DNA of 63,752 nucleotides, filler included, from Octopus bimaculoides (GCF_001194135.2; 8 parts of 7 records of this genome joined end to end with filler, not necessarily neighbours in it), one strand, 5' to 3'; shown: positions 1-12,410, numbered from the whole stretch's first letter. Numbers and translations are program-made. The notes: generated from the sequence alone by a model not told the origin.

Positions 1-20
1 CATATGTATGTATATATATG

Positions 21-79
<59 letters not shown>

Positions 80-300
80 GTGTGTGTGTGTTTGTGTGTC
101 TGTGTTTGTCCCCACAACATCGCTTGACAACCGATGCTGGTGTGTTTACTTTCCCGTAACTTAGCAGTTCAGCAAAAGAGACCGATAGAATAAGTTCTAG
201 GCTTACAAAGAATAAGTCCTGGTGTCGATTTGTTCGACTAAAGGCGGTGCTCCAGCATAGCCACAGTCAAATGACTGAAACAAGTAAAAGAGTAAAGAGT
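1..300 (+). mobile_element. SINE family A, internal (TA)/(TG) microsatellite plus 3' half
   Basis: Matches the 3' half of the full copy at 29959-30370 (caacatcgcttgacaaccgatgctggtgtg ... gactgaaacaagtaaaagag). Confidence 0.8.
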
Positions 301-332
301 ATATATATAATCCAAATAAAAAGAAGATAAAC

Positions 333-554
333 AAATTATTTTAACACATCATTAATGATTCAATATACTTGTTTTTGTGCCAACTCTGCTTGCAATGCCA
401 GTTTATGCAAAAATTCGAAGTGAAAATTTATGTAATGTTTGCAGTTTTAGACATTACATAAATTTTCACTTTGAAATTTTGCTTAAACTGGCGTTGCAAG
501 CAGAGTTGGTACAAAACAATTGTAACAAATCATTTAAGACGCGTTAAAGAATTT
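333..554. repeat. Foldback / palindromic MITE-like element
   Basis: About 105-bp inverted arms. The inner 21 bp are perfect (aagtgaaaatttatgtaatgt / acattacataaattttcactt), loop about 12 nt. Confidence 0.85.
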
Positions 555-759
555 CTCTGTTTTCTTGTTATTTTAATTATAATTTACTCTTCGGGAAACC
601 CACATTAAAGTGTAAGCATTGTCTAAAGCAGGATTTTCTACACTTGATAAATTCCAGCATTAATCTTGAACCTGACAGTGTTGATAGCCCAGTCTTCAAG
701 TTGAGTGCTTCTTTGGATATACCTTACCTTTATACTATACTAGGACCTAAGATTATATA

Positions 760-960
760 TGTGTGTGTGTTTGTGTGTATGTATCTGTGTTTGTCCCCTA
801 CCACTGTTTGACAACTGGTGTTATCCCTCGTAACTTAGTAGTTGAGCAAGAGTAACCAAAAGAATAAGTACCAGGCTTTAAAAAAATAAGTACTGGAGTC
901 AATTCATTCAAATTCTTCAAAGCAGTGCCTAGTATAGCCGTAGTTTAATGACTGAAACTC
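760..960 (+). mobile_element. SINE family A 3' half, decayed
   Basis: Homologous to 80-300 with CpG>TpG changes. Confidence 0.65.
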
Positions 961-1575
961 ATTCCCAAATTTTGTGTTTCTCAAAATCAAAGTCAACAGT
1001 ATCATATACAGTATAAAAAGCAATACTGATAAGCTATCTCCTTGAAAGATTCCACATTTGATTTTGACAAAGCCTAAGCGCTGATCCCCAATTTGAGTTC
1101 AGTGACCCATCCATTCACACTTTGTCTCAGTAGATTCACAATATCATGTGGAGTTCTGAATTCCTGAAGTAGTCCTTAATGTACAAACGAGAAACCAAAC
1201 GGTATGCTTTGCAATTGTCTATTCATACTATCCCTAAATTGGTTTTGCACTTTTTGTAGTCTTCCAACACTGTCAATAGTTGATCTGATTCCTCTGCATC
1301 CATGTTTTTTCCCTTTTTGCTCTTCCAGTAAGATGTTATCTTGTCCATGAACTTGAACACTTCATCTGCCAGTATTCCAGTTATCAGCTTCCACATGATG
1401 GGCAGACAGGCTATTGGCCTGAAGTTGTCAACAGCATTTTCCCTTGATACTTCTTTCTGGCACAATTTTGTTGCTCCTTTGGTGACCAGCCTGAGATTTT
1501 TCTATCAAAGGTCAACGGACTCCCTATTCAAGCTGTACAAAATGTTCACATGATATCCAGATGGCATTTTGTCTA
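960..1575 (-). mobile_element. R4/Dong-clade non-LTR retrotransposon, RT fragment
   Basis: NFRPIACLPIMWKLITGILADE and IKCGIFQGDSLSVLLF motifs; frameshifted. Confidence 0.75.
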
Positions 1576-1819
1576 ATTATTATTATTAATATTACTGAGT
1601 GTGAAGAGCAACACATGCCATCAGAATGATACTGGGGTACAAATATATGAAGCCCAATATGCCCATTATGATTATCTGTCTGAAAAGGGTACACCAAGCA
1701 CATGCCATATGCATGCGACACAGTGACCTCATATCAAGATAAACGGTGCAACCCTGCAAGTGGCACCTAGTTAGAATTTTCCTCTGGTTGAGTAGTCAAC
1801 CCCACTACTAATCATCATC

Positions 1820-3190
1820 ATTATTATTCGACATTTGAATTGTTATTGCATCACCTGCTACACTTTCGGTTTGCAGTAATGTGTGTTCTTGTTTTTGTTG
1901 ATGTTGGGGGAGTACAGACTCTTCTCAATACTGTATTGTATCAGTTTGTTCTGTTATGAGATTTGATTGCTGTCTCTTCTTGTATTGGTGTTTGTATTGT
2001 TTGTTGTGTGTGTAATGTGCTTTGTGTTCTTCTATTGTGTATCTAACCTGTAGAGTATATGTTGTGGAAGTTGTTTATTTTATTGAATATTTACTTTATA
2101 GAGTGTGTTTTATATTTGTGGATTATTTTATTGTGTAAGATATTGGCTGATCCTAGCAGCACATTTTTTGGAGAGTGTGTAGTGTTGTGGATCTAGGTAT
2201 GGCTTCTATGTTTTTGTTCATCATATCCAATACTTAAATTATTACTGGTATTGTTGTTACCTTCATGATCCTCATCTTGTATATTTCAGTTTCAAGATCT
2301 TTATACATCAACAATTTCTCCACTTCTTTTGGGGTAATATTTTGGTTGGAAGAGACTGCAATATCTATCAGAAAGCAGATGTTTCTTTGTCAGTTTCAAA
2401 TGGTATATCTCAGGTGATTGTGGCCTGGTTGTTGTCATGTACTTTGTTTGTCACATGTTTATACCATTTCTTGTTAGTTTTTATACTGTAGTGTTGACAT
2501 GTTGTCCAGTGGATATAACTACTTACTCAGTCATGTCTATATATATATTCACATTTGGACAGCCAGAGATGATGTGGTCAACTGTTGCATTGTGTTGGTA
2601 GTACATTCTGCATTTGGTGTTAGGGCCTGTTTTCATTATTTTGCTTTTATAGTTGTTTGTTGTTTGACATTGGTCTTGTGCAGTAAGACTCAGTCCTTCC
2701 ATTTCTGCTTTTAGTCCAGAGCTTTTGAACCATTGCTGACTTACACATCTGTCAAGCCTTGCAAAGTATTGGCCATGGAGTGATTTTTGTCTCTATTTCT
2801 TCTCTAGTATGATTTGTAGTTCTGCTTTTATGTTTTTTTCTTTTTTGTCTCTTTGATAAGTTCTGTCATGTTGTCGTCTGAGGTCAGTATTTCAATGTAG
2901 TTTATTTGCTTTTATTTTATCACCTTGCTGTGTACAGAGAAACACGTTTTCTGTTTTTTGTGTTGCTTCATTATATATAGTAGTTGTCCACATTTTGTTT
3001 CTCAGTATTTTCTAGTTCGACTGTTGTTATTTTATAGCAGCTCTCTATTTGTGTCAGGCTGCAACCTCCTTCTGAGTGGAGTAGATATATCATGTTTATG
3101 TCTGCTTTGGCATAATGACTTCAGTATGCTGTTAATTGTTTCCTGGTTTTTCTACCTCAGTTTCTTAATTCACTGATCTTCCACTTTATT
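1820..3190 (-). mobile_element. R4/Dong-clade 3' fragment (degenerate CCHC + restriction-like endonuclease + 3'UTR)
   Basis: AQDQ..TTNY..KCR..TVDHIISGCP..RHD..YIHW, and LIDIAVSSNQNITPKEVEKLLMYKDLE..TIPVII; ends in an (AAT)n tail near 1820. Confidence 0.75.
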
Positions 3191-3267
3191 ATGTAGAAGC
3201 TGCTATTATGACTGGTATGGCTACCATGTTTATTATTATTAGTAGCAGCAGTAGTAGTAGTTGTGAA

Positions 3268-3460
3268 GCAGTATCATTAGCATGCCAGGCAAAATGCTTA
3301 GCAGTATTTCATCCATCTTTACATTCTGAGTTCAAAATTCCACCAAGGTCAACCTGGCTTTCATCCTTAAATACCATTAGAGTACTGAAGCTGATGTAAT
3401 TGACTTCCCCATTCTCTCAAAATTCCTGGCATTGCACCAAAATTAGAAAGTATTATTATT
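3268..3460 (+). mobile_element. SINE family B (tRNA-derived), decayed
   Basis: Homologous to 55884-56140; B-box-like gagttcaaaattcc. Confidence 0.6.
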
Positions 3461-3580
3461 TTCACAGGGTGTTCACACTACGTTTGATGATGTTATATGC
3501 CTCCTTTTTCCAGGAACAGCTTGATGCAGTGATGATTTTGATGCAGTTAGACATGTTTTTATTGTTATAACACATAAATA

Positions 3581-3833
3581 TAGTAATGCCTCGATATACA
3601 AGTTAATTTGTTCCTGGAGAGTCAAGAGTTGTTTGCTTTGAAAAATCTTTTTATCACCATAAATTTCTCAGTAACACGCAGAAGCATTTGTTATGGTAGT
3701 AGAAACATTTGCACTTCATTCAAAATTTGAACCTTGTGCTTGAAATTTCAGCTCACCATACAAAAGTGAGCTGAAAAATAAAGCTCATAAGCTTGGGGTC
3801 TCAAATGGGTCCTTATAAAGTGAGATATTACTG
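3581..3833. mobile_element. pogo/Tigger-like MITE
   Basis: Imperfect TIRs tagtaatgcctcgatatac / ttataaagtgagatattactg, with TA on both flanks. Confidence 0.5.
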
Positions 3834-3839
3834 TATGTG

Positions 3840-5085
3840 TTTAAATATTAGCATTAATCAATGGAGCTGCCCTCAGCAGTGAGCACACACTCCAGGAGAT
3901 CTGAAGGCCATGCACATGTTGCAAACAAAGTCCTTCCTCATGCTGGTCCACATGTGATCAACATTACTGTAGTGAACCTTGCAGGCCTTGCCCTCGACAT
4001 GCATCCACACACTGTAGTTTAGGGAGCTGAGGTGAGTTGACTGCAGCAGTCAAAAGTCCTTTGACCAGAAGTTTATGTTCAACCCCAACCACTCTTGCAT
4101 GGCCTTAGGCACAATCCTGTTGAAAAATACAGTCCACCTTCTTCATGATCTTTCTTACCCAGGGCAGGACTTTCGTGGCCAAAATGTCCCTGTAGTTAGC
4201 TACAGTGAGCCTGTAACCAGCCACAAACAACACTGATGGCATCTTCTTGACATTTGAAGTCACAACAATGAGCATCATTGGATGCTTGGTCATTGTCATG
4301 TAGTGGACCTCAGAGATGTCCCGGCCAAAGCTGACCATACAGTCGTTCTACTTATTGATGACCAGATTGACTGTGAAGGCTTTTTTTTTTATCAGAAAAA
4401 CTGACTATTCGATTGCCATGACACTTCAAGTTGTTGAGAAGACAACAACAGTACTCTCGACATTGTTCTCATATATGGTTGGTGAGCAGAGTCCTTTCTA
4501 CACACCTCAAGTGCTTGCAGCCTTCATCTTTGACAGTCCTGGATACTGTGGCCACCAAGAGTGCAGTCATTTTGAACTTTGGATCACTTTCGAAGGCCTT
4601 TCTCACTGCCAAACAGTTGACCACTTGAGGTCTGTCACTTTGTGGTCAATCTTTGAGATCTTTCCTATTCTCGGGCCTCTCCGCAACTCTGTGGACAGTC
4701 AACCAGCCACTTGGTGAAGTTGGATTTGTTGCCCATGCACAGGTGATCAGAGATCTTGATTCTTTTCGCTTCCATCTTGATACACCTGCACACAATGGAA
4801 AAGATATTTTAATGACATGTGCTGGAAAAGTAAAATTTTATGTTTGAGAGCACTTTTTCTGTCACACACATTAATTTCTCGAAAAGAGCCTGGAGAAATG
4901 GAAATAATTTCCAGAATCAAGAATTCTCCAAAGTTGACATGTCATTAAGGAAAAGGACAGGCTTATTGTCTGAAGATAAGAGAGCTCTTATGTTGCATAC
5001 TATAGAACATGCTGCTCTGGGACATATTGTCATTGGAGTATTGCTAACTGTACTGAAACCAAATCATGTACTTAATGTGACCCTG
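3840..5085 (-). mobile_element. Tc1/mariner (maT/DD37D-like) transposon, decayed transposase
   Basis: ATG at 4775 (MEAKRIKISDHL); KHPMML..YRDILATKVLPWV..IFQQDCA, followed by a degenerate WP..SPDLNP.DY region; many stops; TIRs uncertain. Confidence 0.75.
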
Positions 5086-5244
5086 AAAAAATGAGACATT
5101 AAAAGGATTTAAAAAAAAAAATTCTGTTCTTAATTCTATCAACTCTTCTTTTGTTTTAATACTATGTTATCTTTAATAAAACATAGTTTCAGCAATAGAA
5201 TCAACATTTATGTGATTATATGTGTTGTTTTATCTTTTCATCAG

Positions 5245-5369
5245 AATTTCTAATCCCTTTTCGAAGAAACACAAACCTGACAATCCAAAACACAAGTTGG
5301 TTGAAGGTGACATAGTAAAAGATATTAAAGATGACCCAAAAGTATCTACAGGATTTCATGAAATTACAG
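5245..5369 (+). CDS. Internal exon of host gene 1 (low-complexity tail protein)
   Basis: tttcatcag acceptor, CAG|gtttgt donor; open frame ISNPFSKKHKPDNPKHKLVEGDIVKDIKDDPKVSTGFHEIT; phase-1 end fits the next exon. Confidence 0.7.
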
Positions 5370-7012
5370 GTTTGTTGTAGAATATTATTATCTCTTACTC
5401 TGTTTGTTCTTGTTAATGTTGTTTATCTTTTAAGCATCTCTTAACCACACAATTCAAATAAATATTTTTTGAAGTTTCTCAATGTGGTATAGTGCCATCT
5501 GCCTTGAATTCACATTGCATATACTGACATATTTATGAGTATTAAGATTTATCCTAAATGTTTGCAGATAAGCTAAAAGCTAACAGAATTTTAAATTACT
5601 GGCAGTTTCTCTTGATAACAGCTTTCAGTTGGTATAATGCAACAGTTTGGGATGATAACAGAAAAATTTATTAATAATTGCAATGCAGAACCAGCATCTC
5701 TATAAAAACATTCTCCAAAGGAAATGGAGCAAGTATATAAGTATATGATGTACCTACAGAGCATTTATTGCTATGTGAGCAGTCCTAGCCAAAGAACACA
5801 CTATATATTTTTCTCCTACAAATAACAGACAATTTTTCATCAAGTATTATTTTAGAAAAGGGTAAAATACATTAAATATTTCCATCCTAGATGCACTACA
5901 TCAGAAAAAAAAAGGACTGCTAGGATTACTTTAATCATAGCTCAATCAGGGTTAACCTGAGTAGCAGGAGACCCCCAATGGAAATCATGTATGACAAAAT
6001 TTAAGCACTTCAAAAATATGAACACAAATCTGAGAAAGTTATAAAGTAAAAATGTGACAATGCCATAGCTAAAATGTCTGATCTTACTAATAGGAAGACA
6101 TTGGCCATCTGATCAAGAACATATGATTGAGAGAGTCTAATGACACACACACACGCACATTTACATAGAAACAGGATACATATAACAAAAATCTTAGCAG
6201 TGCATTACATTCATGTAGTGAACTAAACTTTCAACTAATCATGCCATTATCTTATGTACTAAGATACAGTTTGAAAATAATTGAAACAAATGCAGAGAGA
6301 AAGGGAGAGAGGGGATGAAAGAATGTGATAACTAAAGACAGTGTCACAAACTTTTCTATGTATTCATATACTCTTCTTACATGCCCCCCCCCCTGTTCTG
6401 TATCACTTTCATCTTCCCAATTTTCTATTTTTTACTTTTTCTCTTGCATGTTTACCTCCAATCTTACTCAATCTCTCACTACTTAGAACCTTCTCTCTCT
6501 CCTATCTATCTATTTGTCATTACTTTCTCTCCCATTTTGATTCCAAGCTAGCTTTATCTCTTTCTCTTTTCATTCCTACTCCCTAGTGTTTCAGTATAAA
6601 CAGCACCACCACCATTTACTACTATCATCTCTTTATTTTCTCCTTTTTCTTTGATATTCTGTTTCTCTTTTTTTTCTACCATGTTTTCTTTCTCTATCTC
6701 TTCACTGATTCTACTATCTCCACCTTCCTCTTTTTCTTGCTATCACTCACACCCTAACTATTTTCTCTAACTTTTACTCTCTCTTTGTAGTATACTTCTC
6801 TCTCTCTCTCTCTCAACAACAATACTGCCACCACTACCATAGCTACTAACTGTTTCTTACTTTAAATGAGTTTCCTTAGTGTAACACAAAAGATAATTAA
6901 CATATAGATCACAAAACTTACTATTTTTTAAAACTTTAATTTAATAAAGTAGAAATCCTTCTATCGATAAATCTGATTAAAATTTTTTAATGACTTTTCT
7001 TTTGCTTTACAG

Positions 7013-7143
7013 AGACCACAGAAACACCTCATGAAACTTGTGAAAAACTCAAAAGGAGTCCTGTTGTGCGAAAAATAAATGTAAATATGTTGGCTGAAAT
7101 GAAGAAAAAGCAAGATATGCACTCATCTCAAAAAGATTTGACT
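7013..7143 (+). CDS. Internal exon of host gene 1
   Basis: tgctttacag acceptor, ACT|gtaagt donor; ETTETPHETCEKLKRSPVVRKINVNMLAEMKKKQDMHSSQKDLT; phase 1 to 0. Confidence 0.8.
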
Positions 7144-7249
7144 GTAAGTTGTTAAAGAGTTTTTGTTGATAAGAAGCTCAGTCAATTATGGTTAAAAAGA
7201 TAAGTTAGCTATAGATGCCTCCCCAGCATAGGATCAATGATTTTCGGTC

Positions 7250-7680
7250 AGAATAAGAATTAGAGTATTAGGAACACCCTTCAAAAATCTCATCATTGTA
7301 GATCTTCCAATAACTTCCCCCAAACAATATGTGTCTGGAAAAAGAACTGATGTACAAAGCCAGCATCATGGAACAACAAAAATTTATGTTGGAATTATGC
7401 AAAACACCTCCAAAGAGAGATATACATAGCACTTGGCTTCATTCAGAGATAAGAACAAAGGGCACACAACATCTTTATCTAATATGATATGGGCTCTTAA
7501 AGAAAGGAGCATAGACAACCCCTGTATAAATATAGTGGACAGGGCAGCAAATGCAATCTCTGTATCACAGAAAAATTAAATATAACATCAGCAGTGAATA
7601 TTTTAAGTATTAGGGAAGAAACTGTCTCTCCTTGCATGCACAAGCAATAATTCATTCTTCAAAATTTCAACTATGACCCT
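7250..7680 (+). mobile_element. Penelope-like element GIY-YIG endonuclease fragment
   Basis: CLEKELMYKA / KIYVGI..SKERY.*HLASF..TSLSNMIWALK..IVDRA / CNLCITEK..REE..CMHK; frameshifted. Confidence 0.6.
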
Positions 7681-7869
7681 TTACTCACTTTGCTACTTAT
7701 CCAACCGGGGTACCTTTTTTATATCAATTATATGCACATTATGCATTACAAACATGAACTCATCTAGATTTTCTAACTTACACAGGTACATGTGCATAGT
7801 ACATATTCATGACATCACATAGTTCACAGAAATATATGAATATGAACTTATAAAATACATGTATAAAAA

Positions 7870-8745
7870 TGCAACCATGGTCAAACATTCTCAACAAAGT
7901 CTGTCCACAATACATGATTTTACATTGCTCCTGGCAACTGCTCCTCACTAAGATTTGTATTGTCTGAGAGTTGATCAATGAATGTTTGAGCAGGTCTCCC
8001 TCTGCTACTCCTCCCATGAGTTGATTCCCACTACAGTAACTTGTGTATAACTTCTTGCCTACTTCTCCAGCTATGTCCTGCAAATCATAATGATCTTTGA
8101 GCAATTGCAGTTGGCAAGTTTCCATATAAACTTTCATTTTTAATAGGTTCTAGTTTGTTTTGTACAACCCTAAGCATTCTAGTGTATGCACCATCTAGTT
8201 TCTTCTCCAGTGCTTATGGCAGGATCTGTCTACCTGATCCACACAACAGCACTGACTCAACAAGTGTTTTGAGAATGATATCTTGATTTTTCTTGGTAGA
8301 TTTGACTTCCATATCTTTTCCATTTTGTTCACTGCAGCAGTCAATATTCTTTTTTGATGTACTCATTCACCTGCCCAAATATAGAAAATCATCGAATCAG
8401 TTTAGTATTCCACCATCCAGTAGGACAAGATTTCTATCTTCTTGGTTTAGTAGCATGTACACTGTCTTGGTAACATTTATGCATATACCATTTTTCCTGA
8501 CAGAGAACTTGATTTTATGAAGAAGTTCTTGAATTTGATCAATGGTGTTTCATAAAAGAGCTATGTCATCAGCAGCATCTGTATCACATATGACAGTTGG
8601 TGGGTTTTGCTTGCTTCTCCTTTGTGTCACTGTAAAACTGAGATCTTGTTCATTAACAGTGGCTTCCCTTGTGGCATAGTCCAGAGTGGTATCACCTTGA
8701 AAGACACTTGCCAGGATTTTAAAAAACTTGGTATCACCATCAGGA
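7870..8745 (-). mobile_element. RTE-clade LINE fragment (RT C-terminal half)
   Basis: FQGDT, DAADDIALL (degenerate YADD), FDDFLYLG, LVESVLLCGS..LEKKLDGAYTRMLR. Confidence 0.75.
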
Positions 8746-8748
8746 GAT

Positions 8749-8845
8749 GGTATGCAGGTATTTTATAAATACCCCAACTGTGACAACTGTGCTCTTACAT
8801 AATTATTGGTCGTCTTTTGGGGTATTTATAAAATACCTGCATACC
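8749..8845. repeat. Perfect 29-bp inverted repeat with 39-nt spacer
   Basis: ggtatgcaggtattttataaataccccaa (8749-8777) and its exact reverse complement at 8817-8845. Confidence 0.95.
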
Positions 8846-9628
8846 TGTTCATCCATCCTTGCCAGGGATACGATAAAAGGGAGTCAACTTTCATAAATCC
8901 ATTTATTTCCTATGTAGTTCAATCTGGCAGACAATGACAAACTGTTGTATTGGCAGGAGGACATTGTGGCTATGCAGATGATCATCTGTTTTGACAACAG
9001 ACAGGTGCGCTAACTCTAATTAGCAGAGAACAACAAGTTTACATGAGTTGCACTTCCTGTTCAAATTAGTAGCTGGAAAACAAACCATGACAAGACATCC
9101 ACACAATTCATCATACTGCATTACTCATCACATGTGTCAACAAGGAGCATGTCCACCGGTGGAAAACCAAGTCAGGGTCCAAAAATTGGTCACTGGATCC
9201 CTACTGAAATGCAACAAATTTATAAATATAACTTCTTTCAAAAATAGGACCCTAAATAACACTAGGAGAATAAATGAAGTTACAGCGCTCTGTGAACAAT
9301 ACATGTAGATAAAATTATAACATTTTTTATGAACTTACAAATCCATGAACCAAGTCTGGTGTCAAAAACCTGTGAAATGTTTTAAATGGTAATATGCACA
9401 TGCTCGAGCATCAAATTAACACAGTGGGGGTGGGGTGGGGGTGCATGAGTGTTCTCACCTGAAATATATAAGGAATTAATTAGTCTAAATCTAATACAAT
9501 TTCTTGTAAATATCCAGAGCAAGGGAAATAGCAATTAAGATTCTTATGGGTTATTGTCCAAATATAAAGATGAAGTGAAAGAAAAACAAACAGTGTGTTA
9601 GGTTGATGCTCAGGAAAAATGGAAGAAG

Positions 9629-9665
9629 TTTTTAACATTTTGAGTCGACACTCTTCTACAGAAAA
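9629..9665 (-). ncRNA. Degenerate hammerhead-like motif in PLE pseudo-LTR
   Basis: CTGtAGAAGAG-tgtcga-CTC-aAAAtGTT; sibling copies read C(C/A)GAAGAAGAGC..GCT(A/T)GAAACGT. Confidence 0.35.
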
Positions 9666-10426
9666 GATAAATTAGAAGAGAAAATGGAGAGAAGAAAAAT
9701 GTGCCTGAGTCAAACAGTCAAACCATACTGAAATAACTGGAAGAGGAAATAGTTGGCTTGCAGTATGGGTTGCATGGGAGACAGCAGTGATCTAGCAAAT
9801 GTGTGCATATATGAAGCTAATATGTGTATGGGTGCATGCATGTGTGTGTGTATGAAGATGTGTGCATGTGTATGTGTGAGCATGGAAGCAGATGTGTGTA
9901 TGAGATAATGTGTGTTTATGCATGTATGTTCTGTTTGGATGAAAATGGTGTGCACAGTGTTTGATAATAAACAGTCTAAAGTAGGTGTATTGGGGTAGAG
10001 AATGTGGTATCAGGAGAAAGGAAAAGAGATGTGTGTACAAATGTGTGTGGAAGGGTGTTTAAATGAAGTGGGCAGTGAATTAAGGCCATAAGAGACTGAA
10101 GTGTGGAAAGACAAAATTAATTCTTGCTCCAGACAGACAAGTGTTCAGGTGGCGTCTATGTGTCTCGTCTGAATACAAACACATGTTGCAAGGAAGCAAG
10201 AAATGACCAGTCAAGTGGAAATGGTGTGAGACTGAAGTGTCATTCCCAAGTCTGATGTCCCAAAGATGTTCAGCAGAACAGTCAGCTAATGCTGTCTGTT
10301 TTATCCTGTATAAAGACTACTAGAGAGAAGAGGTTAGGTGTGGAGGTGTGGACAAAAACAAAGAGGAAGCCAGTTTGAGTGCTGGGAAGTTACAAAGAAG
10401 TAGTTCACATAAGTTGCAGAGGCATA

Positions 10427-11060
10427 ACTACAGATTTCTGCACCACTGACTTTGGATGATCATAACTTTTAGAAAAATGGATATTTTTTAATGAAATTTT
10501 CTACGAATATGTGTTATATCATGTAGATTCCAAATTTTGCAGGAAAGTGTTTTAGCGGGGAGTGATATGGGGAATTTCGGAAAATTCACTGGCGTCCACT
10601 TCAATTTGTCTTAACTTTCAAGAAAATGGATATTTTTTTAATGAAATTCTCTATAAATATACCTCGGACTATGTAGATTCTGAGAACATAGGAATTTTGG
10701 GGATTATTTTTGAGGTCCATTCTCTACTCGGGGATGTTTCGGAAGAAGTTGTCCATATTTGTTTCATTTTCTCCGTTTTGTGTGTTTGTGCACCTGTAGA
10801 TTTCTACTGAAGCAACAAACGGGCAATGAAAGCAAATGAAGCCCTCACCAGAAAACTCATTATGCTAAAAAATAACAGCTACAGGTCTGGTACACAGAAA
10901 TATGTTACAAAGACAACTTATCTGTTGCATACAATCTTTTTCCCCCACAGGTTTTGTATATTCGAAATCTACATGATATGACACATTTTTAGACAATTTC
11001 ATTTAAAAATATCTTTCTTAAGGTTATGATCAAAGTCGGGGTAGGGCAGAAATCTGTAGT
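10427..11060. mobile_element. MITE with ~40-bp imperfect TIRs and TA target duplication
   Basis: actacagatttctgc...gatcataac at left, reverse complement at right; TA at 10425-26 and 11061-62; internal ~65-bp duplication. Confidence 0.8.
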
Positions 11061-12410
11061 TATGCCATTGCAGGCATGTTTGAAAGAAGAAAAGGGTGGG
11101 TCAGAGAAGATGGTGGGAGGTGGAGTGGTTGGATAGAAGTTGGCAGAAAGAACATCAAATTATGCATTCGAGGGGTAGGGTGGAGGATCATAGGAAGGTG
11201 AGTAAAGGTAGGGCAGGTGCAGGGAGAAAATACAGATGCAAAAAGAGAGAGAGTATGGAAGTGTGGTCGACAGACTGGGTACAAGCAAAGGTTGTTTGGA
11301 TAATGGTGATGGAGTATCCCTATTGTGGCAAGCCTTGAGTTGGGACTGTCACAAAGTCCTTGTCATGATTGCGGAGCTGATGAAGATGGAGGAACTAAGA
11401 GTAGGGGATGAACAATTTGGTGTAGGTAGGGTTAGAGAAGTTGAGGCAGGAGTAGGAGTCTGTGAGCTTATAGTGGATTGAGGTAGTAAGAGAGGAGTGT
11501 TTGGTGGCAACAAAAATATCTGACTCACTGATCTGTGTATTTATTTTGAAATCCTGTACAGTCTCATGTAATCTCAAATATTTTCATCCAAAATAAAGGT
11601 AAGTACCAACATTCCAAGTGGCTCACTTGACCAGTTACAGAGATATCTTCCATATGAAACTATTGGCTGCTTTGTAATCCACAAATAAAGAATATATGTT
11701 ATAAATATATATTCTTTGCTCGAATACAGTGTAAAGAGAGGGATTGCTCAGTGCCTAAAGCATCGAACAAAGAATATAAGCAGCATTCGTGATACACACC
11801 ACAAAGAAATGATCAAGCTCAATAACAATCTATTACTCCAAAAACATACTATCCACTCCAACTATCATGAGAAAAGAAGATGAAACCAATAAACTGTCCA
11901 CAGTCTGTCTATCCTATGTGAAAGGCCTCTCTGAAAAGATACAAAAGACATGTGTCCCATATGACATCAGGACAGTACTTAAGAGCAATACAACACTTCG
12001 CAAATATCTCCTTTGAGTAAAACCACCAATAGAAGAGAATATGACCAAGAACTGCGTGTACTCCATCCCATGCAGCTGTGGTAGGTTATACAAAAGCGAA
12101 ACATGCCACTCCCTCAAAATAAGAGTACATGAACATTGCAAAGCTGTGACACGAGGAGATATTGATAAATCAGGTATAGCTAATCATGTATGGAAAAATG
12201 GAGACCACCTTCCCCTGTGAGATGAAGTTAAAATAATAGAGAACACCACTGGAAAATATGAAAGCTAAAAGAAGCAGCACATATGCTAGGACACAACAAC
12301 CTCTTAAGCAGACCAAGAGCAGATATGAGTAGCATATGGGAACCAGTATTAAGGAAGGATAGGAAAACATTAGATTTATAAGCCCTAAAATTCACTCCAT
12401 AATTGCCCAT

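Larger units (their letters stand above)
9540..11590 (-). mobile_element. Penelope-like element (RT thumb, GIY-YIG, pseudo-LTR), interrupted by a MITE
   Basis: TSIHYKLTDSYSCLNFS..KLFIPYSQFLHL (11400-11560); LYTG*..AEHLWDIRLGNDTSVSHHF..TGH and EQELI..GLNS (10060-10330); tail homologous to 56540-56700 and 60500-60715. Confidence 0.75.
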
